A stretch of 63,951 nucleotides of DNA, filler included, from Stramenopiles sp. TOSAG23-3 (Eukaryota), in the NCBI GenBank assembly GCA_900128585.1. It is 4 parts of 4 records of this genome, joined end to end, with 100 filler letters (N's around TTAATTAATTAA, not from the genome) between each part and the next. Parts side by side here need not be neighbours in the genome. Positions count along the whole stretch, not along the records: positions 16,151 to 32,178 come from LT642501.1; positions 32,279 to 48,298 come from LT642502.1; 2 more parts are not named here. One strand, 5' to 3'. Numbering within the stretch: position 1 is the first letter of the stretch; each line of letters starts with the position of its first letter. The notes beneath the pieces were generated by a model that was given only the letters and a program-made list of their open reading frames with translations, did no database searches and had not been told where the DNA came from. Shown in pieces: positions 21,963 through 33,162 of this stretch. The translations under genes were made by a program, and so were the position numbers.

Positions 21963-23321
21963 TTATTCTTTTGAAGAGGAGGACCCCAAACAACAGTACT
22001 CCGATGCATAACCCTCGCTCTTTTTAATATCGACAGGGTGCATTTTAGCTTTTCTGATTGTTTCAAACGATAGAAGGGAATGATCGTAGACTTGGCATCG
22101 TTCTGGCGGGACTCCCAAATGCTTTGCTGTTATTTTGTACATTTCTATGTCCGCCTGGGAAAGGGAAAAGTCCTCTTGGGCCACGACAATATCGAAGAAT
22201 TTATGAAGCTTCAACTTCTTTAGAACCTTGATCACGTGCTTTCGCCCTTCGATCGCGACAACCGCGAGCTTTATGTTCCCGGCCCGTTTGGCATGTTTAA
22301 CTAGTTTCGTTGTGCACTGAAAATCTCTGATCTTTTCCTCACTATGTTTGTAGTACCAGTCCATTTTCTCCCTCGCTGCCTTTTCTAGAAGTTCTCGCAG
22401 TTCGTCTTTCCCCATCCCCTGCAAATGTCCCTTCCGCGCACAGAGACACCTCAGTGTAATCATTGGGTCTAGATTGGCCATGTCGTACACGTCCTTCCTG
22501 GAGAACGATAAATCTAATAACTTGGAAATGCTACGGTATGCCTCGAAGTGAAACTCCATGTTATCTACTATTGTCCCGTTAAAATTAAACAACAAGGCAT
22601 CGCAGCGCCCGTATTCATTGTGTATACTGCGGTAAAAATGTTCATCCTCGATCGACTTGCTGCACAGCGGAGTTGCCTCGATCGGGAACTGAAAGGCAGG
22701 CCCTGGCTGGAAAGTAACTTTCCCCGTGTAGTACAAGGATACGATTGGGAAATATTCATCTTTCGTTGCCTCTGTAATTACAAACGCTACCCCCTGGTCC
22801 ACACCGTTTTTGAAAAATTGTATCTCATACCAGCTTCCCTGTTTGTGACATTTTACGCACATTCCAATCACGTCCCCAGAACTGTACGGATCTCCGTACG
22901 CAGTTTTTACGCCTTTTGTAATTTTAGATCCATCAACATTGCAGTATCCGAACCCGTGCATATCGAACCCCACTGGGGCCTCAAGCTCGGCACTCGAAGT
23001 TGCCCAGCCCACTCGTACGTGAGCACCCCCACCTTCCGGCTTGACGTTTAAATCGCAGCCCGTTATCTTATACTCACAATACCAGGTGCCGCTTGAAACC
23101 ATCGAAACACCATGGGAACAGCGCGCCGAACTGTACCCATTTGTCATGCCAGAAACGTGCAGGCAACATTTTGAAAGTCGCAAATTGTGCGACTTATCTA
23201 CGTGTGAAATCGATACCCCTTTCGGTTGGTGATAGACACCGACTCCACCTTCCCCAGGCTCATTGATTACATTATCATGGGAGAGCTTGACCTTTTTCAA
23301 CTCCGGTTCACCGCCACTCAT
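21963..23321 (-). CDS. ASH2L/Bre2-like SPRY domain fused to a degenerate HAD (beta-PGM/CbbY-like) domain
   Basis: SPRY: SARCSHGV..GTWYCE, HVRVGWA..AELEAPVGFD..GFGY and AYGDPYSSGDVIG. HAD: LLFNFNGTIVDNM..HFEAY, FFDIVVAQED and LGVPPERCQVYDHS. Confidence 0.8.
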   Translation of the reverse strand: MSGGEPELKKVKLSHDNVINEPGEGGVGVYHQPKGVSISHVDKSHNLRLSKCCLHVSGMTNGYSSARCSHGVSMVSSGTWYCEYKITGCDLNVKPEGGGAHVRVGWATSSAELEAPVGFDMHGFGYCNVDGSKITKGVKTAYGDPYSSGDVIGMCVKCHKQGSWYEIQFFKNGVDQGVAFVITEATKDEYFPIVSLYYTGKVTFQPGPAFQFPIEATPLCSKSIEDEHFYRSIHNEYGRCDALLFNFNGTIVDNMEFHFEAYRSISKLLDLSFSRKDVYDMANLDPMITLRCLCARKGHLQGMGKDELRELLEKAAREKMDWYYKHSEEKIRDFQCTTKLVKHAKRAGNIKLAVVAIEGRKHVIKVLKKLKLHKFFDIVVAQEDFSLSQADIEMYKITAKHLGVPPERCQVYDHSLLSFETIRKAKMHPVDIKKSEGYASEYCCLGSSSSKE

Positions 23322-23635
23322 GTGGGTGCGACGGAGACAGTAACTCTGTGGGAACGTGTACACAGCCGCGTTGATAGTTGTTGCACCAGCCAAAGTTGTA
23401 TCAAACGGAAAGTAAGTCTCGTAAACTCTCAATCCGAATCAATGGAGTCTGTCAAAATATATATTGGATATCAGATTAAGATAGAAACATTGATGTTCTA
23501 CTAAAATTCTATATCGAAATTATAATAATTAATAAATATCAACAATAATAATAATAATAATAAAATAATATATTTTTTTATTTATTTTTTAGTAGTGTAT
23601 TATTATTATTAATAATATACTTGATAATAATACAT

Positions 23636-23825
23636 ACTTCTTCTATCTTCTTTTCTCTTCTTCTACGAGGCGTACTTCTTCTTTCTTCTTCTTCTTCTTC
23701 TTCTTCTTCTTCTTCTTCTTTCTTCTTTCTTCTTTCTTCTTTCTTCTTCTTCTTCTTCTTCTTTCTACTTATTCTTCTTCTTCTTTTCTTCTCTCTTCTT
23801 CTTCTTCTTCTTCTCTTCCTCCACC
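23636..23825. repeat. (TTC)n microsatellite
   Basis: Read directly. Confidence 0.9.
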
Positions 23826-24126
23826 CATCCTCCCATAAACATAATATTAATAAACACCACACATCTTCTTCTTCTCCTCCTCCATCATCATCATATTAGC
23901 TTATATCATCATCATCATTATTATAATAATTATTAATATTATTCATCCATCCAATCAAAAAAAACAAATTCAAGTTTATATTTTATAGAGAGAGAGCGAG
24001 GATAAATAAGATTCGCGCGTTTTCCTTCAATAATTTGGTTACTTTATTTCACTGGAAATCTCTTGTTTTTTGTTTTGACCAGGGGGTGGTTATTTTTACA
24101 TCCAGTATAGGGTCTCCGTGCGAACG

Positions 24127-26829
24127 ATGAAGACCGTGCGGGCAACGGTGAAGACCGCACAGCGACGGTGCTACTCGTCGTTGACGGGGACGAAATGTTC
24201 GTTTCTGTGCGTGGTATTAGTAGGTGGGGCATTGAACATGGTGCTGTTTGCACTTCATTTCAATGCCGGGTGTGTGCACTGTGATATGTGCAAGTATGGA
24301 GGCTATGGGTCTGGGGTTATCGACAATATTGGAATGGAGGATTTTTCACGAAAAATGTGTATGCCTCCCATTGACGTTGTGTACACTTGGGTGAACGGGT
24401 CCGACCCGGAGTGGTTAATGGAAATGGAATACTACAGGTACAAGGGGCATAATCCGTCGCGTTCGCTTTCCAGGGCGAAATGGAACGAAAGCAACATTTT
24501 CCCTGGCCCGTCCCGATACAACGCTTCTCTCAACTCGAGCGCGCTGGGGGCGAACTTTACCGTGCTTGCCTCGAACGGGTCGGAGCCGTCAGTTGGTTCG
24601 TCCAACAGGTATCGCGACAACCATGAATTGAAGTATTCCTTTCGGTCCTTGTTCAAGTATGCCCCTTGGATCCGAAAAGTGTTTCTTGTTACTTCGGGCC
24701 AAGTTCCGAACTGGTTGAACACTGCGCATCCAAGAATAAAAGTTTTTTCACACCAAGATATTTTTTTAAACTCGTCTTGGCTGCCTACGTTCAGTTCACC
24801 GGCAATTGAGACGCAGCTGCACCGCATTCCTGGGCTGTCAAAGAAGTTCATATACTTTAACGACGATGTTATGCTTGGTGCACCGGTATGGCCGGAGGAT
24901 TTTTTCAACATCGCAGGGGCACAGAAGGTATTCCTGTCATGGGACGTACCAAAGTGTAACCCAGGGTGTACCGATTCCTGGGTCGGCGACGGACAGTGTG
25001 ACCTAAATTGCAACGTCAGCAGGTGTATGTGGGACTTGGGCGACTGCTTTAACGTGTCGAAAAAAAATGCGTACGGGTATCGTCAATCGTATTCTAGTAG
25101 CTCCTCTCACGGGACCAGTCGCTCGTGGGCCTACTGCGCAGTAGGCTGTCCAAGCACCTGGATCGGGGACAAAGTCTGCGACAAAAAGTGTGATTCTGCA
25201 GCCTGCGGTTTTGACGGCGGCGATTGCGGTATAAAGGAAGTGTGGGGGGGGCTGAAGGGGTTCGAGCTGCCCGTGCGTGCGACGGGCGAGGCGGCCGCGA
25301 AGCCTCTTGGCATGGCTGCTAATGCAACGGATCTTGCACTAGATCCTAGTCGTAACATCACTGTGCATGTATGGTCAAACGCGAGTGGGCCGGGCAGCAA
25401 CAACAGCGTTTTACCTATCGCTGCAGCAGAGACTGCCGCGAAAATCGAACCTGTCGCTCTGGGCCAGTACGATTTGCCCCAAGGTTGCCAGGCGGTCTAT
25501 TTCAATTTAAGCGTCAGTGGACGGTTTGAAGGATACGGTGTAGACGTAGTTCGGGCCAACCATAACAACCCCGACGCAATAGGGAGCGCGGTCGTGCTAA
25601 AGCACTTTGGGGTCATGGTTGTTATATTTAGGAACGAAGACTACGCCCAAGAGCTTGGGTGGACGTCAAGTACAATCAAGGTGGAGCTTGCGCTGACGAA
25701 GACGGTCATTGTCGGAAATTCGAGTGTGGTTGAAGATTCTCAAAATGTTTGGATATCGTTTTCCACATTGTCGAATTTAAAAGAAATCCCCGTTTCTAAG
25801 AACAGCACGACCACCGCTGCACTAATGCCCAATTCGAACGTAAACGCATCCGCCCCTCCCCGCAATGGGAGCGAGACGACAATGATAAGCATCGTTGGCG
25901 ATGGGAAAAACGAACCTTTCCCGGTTGCCTCCAACGTGAGCTTTTTTTCGACGGCAGGAAACAGGTCAGAAGGGGTCCACTTTTCTTCCCGAAACGGGCG
26001 GCGACTACTCGGGTCCGAGGACACCTATGGAGATTCGCTTGTTAAAGTGAACATGATGTATGCAAAGGAATTTGGCGCATCCTCCCGAAAAGTTCCTGCG
26101 CACATGCCGCACATGATCGACAGGGACGTTATGGACGAGCTGCAAGACAAATACGAGAAAGAATTTTGGTACACAGGCCAGCAAAAATTCAGAACATCGG
26201 CCGACATGCAGTTCGCATTTTCATATTTTCATTGGGTTATTAATAGGAAGAGCAAAATCAACATCGAAAATATTTTTCGCAGTGAGATAGACACGGACCA
26301 AAATGGCTACCTCGACCCGAATGAAGTCAGAACCCTAGCCGCAATGATCACTGGAAAAACGCCGCCGCATGATCTTTTGGATAGGCTTACGGCAAACTGC
26401 AGCACCTTGGACGAGCTGAAGATGTGCAAAGATGCAATCGAGACGCTCTCTAAGAACTTTCGCCGCCCGAAAACGCACATTAAAGCGGACCTGGACGAAG
26501 TTACGTTTCAAATGATCGGAGACAACTTTAACGAGACAAAAGAAAAGTTGGACAGTATCCGTGCGAAAAAGACCAAGTTCATTTGCGTCAATGATGACAT
26601 GCACAATCCTGCGCTTGAATTGGAGCAGATGCTCGCAGACTTTTACAAATCCATGTTCCCTAAGCCTAGCCCTTTTGAACTGCCACCGGGGCAGACAAAT
26701 GGGGGGCGAAACATCTTTGAAATAAGACGCCATAAAGTTAGACAAGTGCCACCATTGCTTCAATCATTGGTCTTGTGCATTGCAATTATTGGCGCTGTTG
26801 GATCTCTTTTTGGTTACCTTGCCCTTTAA
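24127..26829 (+). CDS. GNPTAB: GlcNAc-1-phosphotransferase alpha/beta precursor-like (Stealth family) with two LNR repeats, an EF-hand and N- and C-terminal TM segments
   Basis: CR1 PIDVVYTWVNGSD. CR2 ELKYSFRSL...LPTFSSPAIE..LHRIPGLS..FIYFNDD. Two C..SW.GD..CD..C LNR repeats. CR3 RKVPAHMPHMID...DMQFAFSYF. EF-hand DTDQNGYLDPNE. CR4 KFICVNDDM. Confidence 0.9.
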   Translation: MKTVRATVKTAQRRCYSSLTGTKCSFLCVVLVGGALNMVLFALHFNAGCVHCDMCKYGGYGSGVIDNIGMEDFSRKMCMPPIDVVYTWVNGSDPEWLMEMEYYRYKGHNPSRSLSRAKWNESNIFPGPSRYNASLNSSALGANFTVLASNGSEPSVGSSNRYRDNHELKYSFRSLFKYAPWIRKVFLVTSGQVPNWLNTAHPRIKVFSHQDIFLNSSWLPTFSSPAIETQLHRIPGLSKKFIYFNDDVMLGAPVWPEDFFNIAGAQKVFLSWDVPKCNPGCTDSWVGDGQCDLNCNVSRCMWDLGDCFNVSKKNAYGYRQSYSSSSSHGTSRSWAYCAVGCPSTWIGDKVCDKKCDSAACGFDGGDCGIKEVWGGLKGFELPVRATGEAAAKPLGMAANATDLALDPSRNITVHVWSNASGPGSNNSVLPIAAAETAAKIEPVALGQYDLPQGCQAVYFNLSVSGRFEGYGVDVVRANHNNPDAIGSAVVLKHFGVMVVIFRNEDYAQELGWTSSTIKVELALTKTVIVGNSSVVEDSQNVWISFSTLSNLKEIPVSKNSTTTAALMPNSNVNASAPPRNGSETTMISIVGDGKNEPFPVASNVSFFSTAGNRSEGVHFSSRNGRRLLGSEDTYGDSLVKVNMMYAKEFGASSRKVPAHMPHMIDRDVMDELQDKYEKEFWYTGQQKFRTSADMQFAFSYFHWVINRKSKINIENIFRSEIDTDQNGYLDPNEVRTLAAMITGKTPPHDLLDRLTANCSTLDELKMCKDAIETLSKNFRRPKTHIKADLDEVTFQMIGDNFNETKEKLDSIRAKKTKFICVNDDMHNPALELEQMLADFYKSMFPKPSPFELPPGQTNGGRNIFEIRRHKVRQVPPLLQSLVLCIAIIGAVGSLFGYLAL

Positions 26830-27555
26830 TCTTTTGACAGAAATGTTTCATATTGAATTATTTGCTGTAGGCTGTAGGGTATAAAATATCAATAACACAC
26901 AATAATATATGATAACAAGTTTTTTGTTTTTATTATGTGATAAATATTTTATACTACTATTTAAAAGTACTACCGGTACCGGTGTATCCAATCATCAGAT
27001 TTTATATTAAATTATTATATTATTAGTCCTAAAATAATATATAATTGGATAATAATGAATACGATGAATCGAAGCTTCTTCTAGAGAAAAAGGATTGAAG
27101 AATTTAATTATTATTGGAATTATACATTCAAATAGCAAGCAAATAAAGAGCAACCTCATTGTTGTTGTTGTTGTTTGTTATAATAATAAATAAAAATGAA
27201 AAAAAAAAAAAAGTATTATTATTTTTTTTTAAAGTTGATTTTTGAAATTACAATTACATCAAAACAGCACCAACAACAACAGCAAAATAAATATTACACA
27301 CACAAAAAAAGAACGAAGGAGAAAAAAAAAGAAGGCAGCAGGAGGAGAAATGACATCATGACACACGTCGTTGTTTTTTTTTTTGTGTTGTTATTATTAT
27401 TCTATTGGTTGGTGTTGTCCGTCCGTTCGGGATGTATACGTATATGAATAGAGGAGTATAATTCTATGGAAAATTTCTCTAGTTCTAACAGCATCTTTTT
27501 GAAAAACGCTTTTCTAACATTGGTATTGCCCTTACTGCCCGACTGTCCTGAAGCC

Positions 27556-28686
27556 ATGGAACATTACACGCGTGGAAACGAACTCTTTGTGGACGAAAAC
27601 TATGTAGGTGCTCTTGAAGCGTTTTCGAAAGCAATCGAGACGGACGAAGCAATTGAGACTAGCAAACTAGCATCGTTTCATGTGAAACGGGCGGCGGCGC
27701 ATTTGAAATTGAAACAGTACGACGAAGCTCTTGACGATGGTACAAAAGCTGTCGAGTTCAACCCTGATCTTGAGATGGCATACTTGCGAAAAGGCACGGC
27801 AGCGTTTCACTTGGAAGAGTTTGAAACCGCAAAGGCGGCCTTTGCCGCCGGAAAAAGCCTCAAGCATGCCAATGGCGGCGACGTGAGCAGTTATGACACA
27901 TGGATCCGAAAATGCGACGCGGAGCTAGAAGACATGGATTCATCTGATGAAGATAGCGACGGGACTCTGAAGGCTGCCGCAGCTGCCCCTGAGAGCAGCC
28001 CTGCACCGGTTGAAAACGTGCCCCCAGCGAAACCCGCCGGCTATCGGTACGACTGGTATCAAACGCAAAACTATGTAGTGCTGACCGTTATGGCGAAACA
28101 AAAAAAAGCAGAAGAGGTTAATGTTAGCTTTGCATCAAAAAATGTTTGTGTATCAATAGCCATGGAGAACGGGAATGAATACCTCCTTGATCTCGATGTG
28201 TTCGATGAGATAGACGCGGACTCCTCTTCGTTCAAGATCATGTCTACGAAAGTGGAGGTCAAATTGATCAAGGTGGGTAAATTCCAATGGCCTTCCCTGG
28301 AACGGCCCGAAGACCAAGTTATCTTACAAACAGCGGCAGGGGAGACCCAAGTCAGCACATCGTACAACACGAAGCCAAAGGCCTACAGTTCGAATAAGGA
28401 CTGGGATGCGATTGGCACCGACCTGAAGAAACAGGAAGAAGAAGAGAAATTGGAGGGCGAAGACGCGTTGAACAAACTCTTTCGGGACATTTATTCAAAA
28501 GCAAATGAAGATACTCGCCGTGCAATGAACAAATCTTTTCAAACGAGTGGTGGGACGGTCTTGTCCACCAATTGGGGGGAAGTATCTGACAAAGATTATG
28601 AAAAAGAAAAAGTTGCTCCCGATGGAATGGAATGGCGAAATTGGGAAGGCGATAAACTTAAAAAAGATGGAACTCCGAAAGAATAA
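27556..28686 (+). CDS. SGT1: SGT1 Hsp90 co-chaperone (TPR-CS-SGS)
   Basis: TPRs ending in WIRKCDAE, a CS domain RYDWYQT...STKVEVKL.K, and an SGS domain ALNKLFRDIY...RRAMNKSFQTSGGTVLSTNW. Confidence 0.95.
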   Translation: MEHYTRGNELFVDENYVGALEAFSKAIETDEAIETSKLASFHVKRAAAHLKLKQYDEALDDGTKAVEFNPDLEMAYLRKGTAAFHLEEFETAKAAFAAGKSLKHANGGDVSSYDTWIRKCDAELEDMDSSDEDSDGTLKAAAAAPESSPAPVENVPPAKPAGYRYDWYQTQNYVVLTVMAKQKKAEEVNVSFASKNVCVSIAMENGNEYLLDLDVFDEIDADSSSFKIMSTKVEVKLIKVGKFQWPSLERPEDQVILQTAAGETQVSTSYNTKPKAYSSNKDWDAIGTDLKKQEEEEKLEGEDALNKLFRDIYSKANEDTRRAMNKSFQTSGGTVLSTNWGEVSDKDYEKEKVAPDGMEWRNWEGDKLKKDGTPKE

Positions 28687-29312
28687 TAAGGTCGACGACA
28701 GCAAGAAGAAGAAGAAATTGAAGTGGTGTTCGTATTTTAAAAATATTGAATAAATACCTTGGTACCTGATGTATATAATAATAATAAAAAGGAGTGGAGA
28801 GTGGAGAGGGAGGAGGGGGGGAGCCACAACAAACAAAAAGAGAACAAGAGAATTGATTTGGTGTGGTGGTGTTGTTGTGTTCATTCATAATCTTTTTTTA
28901 TTATGTTGTTGTTATGTTTATTATTATGAATAATACTTGTATGAATAATAATATATTTTTTAAAATTATTTTATTATTAAAATAATAAATAATAATTTAT
29001 ACACCACACAGCCTAGACCCTACACCCTACACACAGTAAGAGAATGTGGTGTGATAAGGTGGTGTAGTAAATAAGGAGGTGTAAGTAATATTTTTATCAC
29101 ACTTACTCTAACGTACAATATACAATTTATTAATAATTATTGCATGAATGATGTAGTATACTCCTCCGGAGCTCTGGAGCATCAAAAAAAAGATATGTAT
29201 AGAAAAACGATTGTGTTAAGATTGATGTAAGATAACAGGGTAAAGTGAATTTTTTGTACGAATTCGGATTGTTAGGTTGAGTTTCTGTGTGTGTGTGTGT
29301 GCGTGGTATAAA

Positions 29313-29897
29313 ATGGCAGGGACGCCGTCGGAATTTCCACCGGGCGTGCTGGAACAGGCTATCGACTATGTTGCCGGCGAAGTCTCAAAAGACGTCCAAA
29401 TGAGACGTTTAGTCAGTAAATATCACGCTTCGATAAATGTTGAATTCTCCGATTACGCTGCGGCGACAAAAAGCCTTATGCAAGATGGGGCATTGACAAA
29501 TTTATTTCGTGCGGCGGTACAGAAGCGTGCTTGGTTTCTAAAGAAACAGCTAGAAGCCAGCAATATAGAAAGCAGTCAGGAGGGGGCCACGAGTGAACAA
29601 ACTTCGACTGGTGAGGAGCCAGAATACCGCGACGATATACTTTCTTCCCACTCGTCCGATTCTTCGACGTTTGAGCACGATTTGGAAGAGACTCACTACG
29701 AAGACGATTGGGCCAATTGTTCGTTCGGTTCTGGAAATAGTAGTGGGCGTAGAAAAGTTAGTTTTAATGATAGCATTGCAGTCAAAGTGATCCCACGAAC
29801 TTCCGAGGAGAGCATAGACGAACTTTTTTACAGTGAACGGGAGATCGACAAAATGTTTGAAGAGTCAGAAGCAGAGAGGGGCTCTGGCGGGGACTAG
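29313..29897 (+). CDS. Hypothetical acidic protein with a C-terminal KVSF...V..IP...LFYS motif (RVxF-like)
   Basis: 194-codon ORF with coding-like composition and the segment RRKVSFNDSIAVKVIPRT...ELFYSEREID. Confidence 0.7.
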   Translation: MAGTPSEFPPGVLEQAIDYVAGEVSKDVQMRRLVSKYHASINVEFSDYAAATKSLMQDGALTNLFRAAVQKRAWFLKKQLEASNIESSQEGATSEQTSTGEEPEYRDDILSSHSSDSSTFEHDLEETHYEDDWANCSFGSGNSSGRRKVSFNDSIAVKVIPRTSEESIDELFYSEREIDKMFEESEAERGSGGD

Positions 29898-30062
29898 ACG
29901 CTTCTGTCGCGTGTTAATAAATTATGTTTCGTAACGCTCTCGAGTATTTGTGCCTAGTAGTAGTTTTGTACACTTTCTTTTTCTTAAGTTTAAAATACGT
30001 ATCATACGTACGCTTAACAAGGAGCGGCACCCGATAACATTCTTTTTCACAAAGCAATTTAC

Positions 30063-31197
30063 TCACAAAAAGCCGGCACTCTGCAGGTTTCTCTTTAAAA
30101 TAATGTCTTTGCACGAGCTGAAGACAAACTCGACGTTTTTCGTATCGGTGGCACATGTTGCAGTGGCGTATATGTCTTTAGAAGTCTGGTTCAGTTTCAA
30201 GAAACGCTGCTTCAGGTATTCAATCCCTAATCCTGGGTCGTTGCCAGCGGTGCAGTCTTTCCACATTTCCATTGATTCCATGGTCTTATGGGCTATCTTG
30301 GTCTCAAACAAATCGCGTTTGTTGAGAAACAGTATGATCGACGTATCTTCGAACCACCTGGAGTTACATATTTCTTCAAAGAGGGCAAGGGCCTCTTGAA
30401 TCCTGTTGGCAGAATGGTCTTCATACAGCACCTGGTCGTATTCACTAATGGCAGCGACAAAGATCACTGCGGTGACGGTGTCGAAGCAATGGATCCATTT
30501 TTTCCTTTCATTCCGCTGCCCCCCTACATCGTACATGTGAAATGGCACGTTATCAATCAAGTAGCGCTCCTCGACAATGCCCGATGTGCGCACGCGAGAC
30601 CTCAAAACATCTTGCACGGAAGGTACGTAATCCGCCTTGCCTATTTCCAAAACTTTGCTGAAATAGTACTTTGCAGAGTCCGGCAGCTGGAATTTGTGAC
30701 GCTGGTCAAAGACTTGCTGTATTATACCAGAATTCCACAACTGGTCCAAGACTGACGCCAGCGTCGTGTCAATACTGGAATCATCGCTTAAGGCCTTTAT
30801 AGTTGATGCGTCGGAGCTGTTCGATTCATCAAGAAGCCCCATTTGCTCGCCTTGTTCGATCAGCACTTTCATCGAAGAGATTACATTGCTATTTATAATA
30901 GGCACCATGGCCCGCAGCTTTTCTTCCGTGTAGCCAGTCCCGTAAAGGATCTGAGAAAAAAATTGTTAGAATAGTTTGTTTAACATCACAAGCAGAATTA
31001 ATACGTACCCTCATTTGTTTGAAAATAGTGCTTTTACCAGATTCTCCAGCGCCTAGAAGGAGAAGTTTCACGATCGAAGACGCATGGTCATTGTCCATCT
31101 GGTTCTGCTTCTCGATCCTGCGCGATCTTGCAGCCGCGTCTTTACCATACAGGCTGGAACCATCGCGAATTTGTGCTGAACTGGCACAGAGTCCCAT
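30063..31197 (-). CDS. Heterotrimeric G-protein alpha subunit. Exons 31197-31009 and 30950-30063.
   Basis: MGLC lipidation motif, KLLLLGAGESGKSTIFKQM, RVRTSG, DVGGQRNERKKWIHCF, NKRD and TCATDT. A 58-nt GTACGT...CAG intron restores KQMR|ILYG. Confidence 0.95.
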
Positions 31198-32178
31198 ACT
31201 CCTACAAAGTCTTTAAGCACTCACGCTATGTAATAAATGATCGGATCTTCTTGCTTATAGATAATATTTTTCCGGAAACAATGAAAAATATTGATTTTAT
31301 AGTACATGCCCCTTAGATGAGAATGAGGAAAGGACTTGAACAGCTTGAAACAACTGATCCAACGCAGGAGCGGGCCGACCTTTTCTATAATAACTTCTAA
31401 AGTACTACAACGAAGTCAGAACAACAACAACAAATTAATAGAAGATGTGTAGAGGAGTGGTAGTAGTATTATAGAATGTTGTTGCACAATAATAAGAAGT
31501 TAAGCAGATGATGGTTAGCTTAGTTTTTTATTCTTCTTCGACGATTGCTACAGGAGCTACACCACCACTGCAGGGATTCAAAAGGAACCGGAATACTTAT
31601 AAACAAATAAATACGGTGACCTCTAACAAAGTTGAAACACAACTACGATTTGCAAATACATACGTTGAGGCATCTTTCTTATATTTAATATACTATATGC
31701 ATATTTACTTTTGGCTAAACTCCTTTGGAAAGGTTTCCATTTGATAGGCTTTCCACTTTCCGAATAGCCTCCAGAGTGTACTATTTTTGACACCCCAAAG
31801 CGGACGTCCGGTTATGTGACCCCTACATACGAGGAGTATTCGTATTCGTTCGTGGAGTTTATTAAAAGTTGTATAATATTTTTGCACCACCGCACGCACC
31901 GCCATCAACAATAGCTATTATTATTTCGCGTGGTTTTTATACATACATTGCAGATTGCAGATTGCAGAGTGCACCCTAGATTCCCTGAATAGATTTTTTT
32001 ATATGCCTTAGAAAAAATTAGACTAAATTATAGAAATGCGAGAAATAGAAATAGTCTAGGAAGAAGTTTAAGTTTTTGCGATAAAATTCAATGTTTTTTG
32101 TACTTGTAATATTAGCCTATATAAATTGGTATAGTGAAAATAATAAACTAAACCATTTTTTGTGAAATAAAAAAACAC

Positions 32179-32278
32179 NNNNNNNNNNNNNNNNNNNNNN
32201 NNNNNNNNNNNNNNNNNNNNNNTTAATTAATTAANNNNNNNNNNNNNNNNNNNNNNNNNNNNNNNNNNNNNNNNNNNN
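32179..32278. other. Artificial scaffold linker
   Basis: N44-TTAATTAATTAA-N44. Confidence 0.95.
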
Positions 32279-33162
32279 GAAGAAGAAGAAGAAGAAGAAG
32301 AAGAAGAAGAAGAAGAAGAAGAAGAAGAAGAAGAAGAAGAAGAAGAATGAAGAAGAATGAAGAAGAAAGAAGAAAGAAGAAGAATGAAGAAGAAAGAAGA
32401 GAAGTCAAACTAAAAAGACGATTAAACTTATAATAAAATGCTTACTGCTATTACCTTGTTATATTAATTATTAGTATGTTCTTAGAATAAAATAGCCTAA
32501 TTATGATGATATATTTTATTATAAATAATTGAGATAAAATTCGTTCTTCTTCTTCTATTCAATATTATTATTTATTATAAGTGGAATACAATGAAATAAA
32601 GGATATGCCGAGGGGATCGCATTGTATATCTATACCGGTATCATCTCATCTCAGGGTATAATTATAATACCTCTCGCGAAGCTGCAATAGCACCGCACGG
32701 CCCCTTTTCTGTCTTCTTTTTATTATTATTTATTAATTCAATATTTTTTATTTTCAACACATTCTATTTTTATTTTTTTATTTGGTCTTCGTATTAATAC
32801 TACTATTGATTTCTAAGAATTTTATAATTGGTGGTGGGTGGTGTATATTTTTATTTATTATTAATAATTTTATATTATATTATTATTTATTCTTCTTCTT
32901 TCTTCGATCTTCTTCTTTTCTTCTCCTCTATTATTATTATTGGTATTAATACCCTCTTCTTCTTTTTCTTCTTCTCTTCTTTCTTCTACTTTTTTTGTAT
33001 TTCACGAATTATGTGTGTGGAGGATGAAAAATATGACTATATATAAGCAGAAAGAAATAGTATAATATGAGGAACAAGTTTTTACACGACAATAAATTTA
33101 GAAATGTGTAGTGATACAAGAGAATAATTAAATAGAGGAAGGTATTTTATTCTTTTTAAACC

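Noticed and set aside
28681-28753. Possible stop-codon readthrough or alternative genetic code after SGT1
   Set aside because: The SGS domain is complete before the tandem TAA TAA, and other genes end normally at TAA, TAG or TGA.
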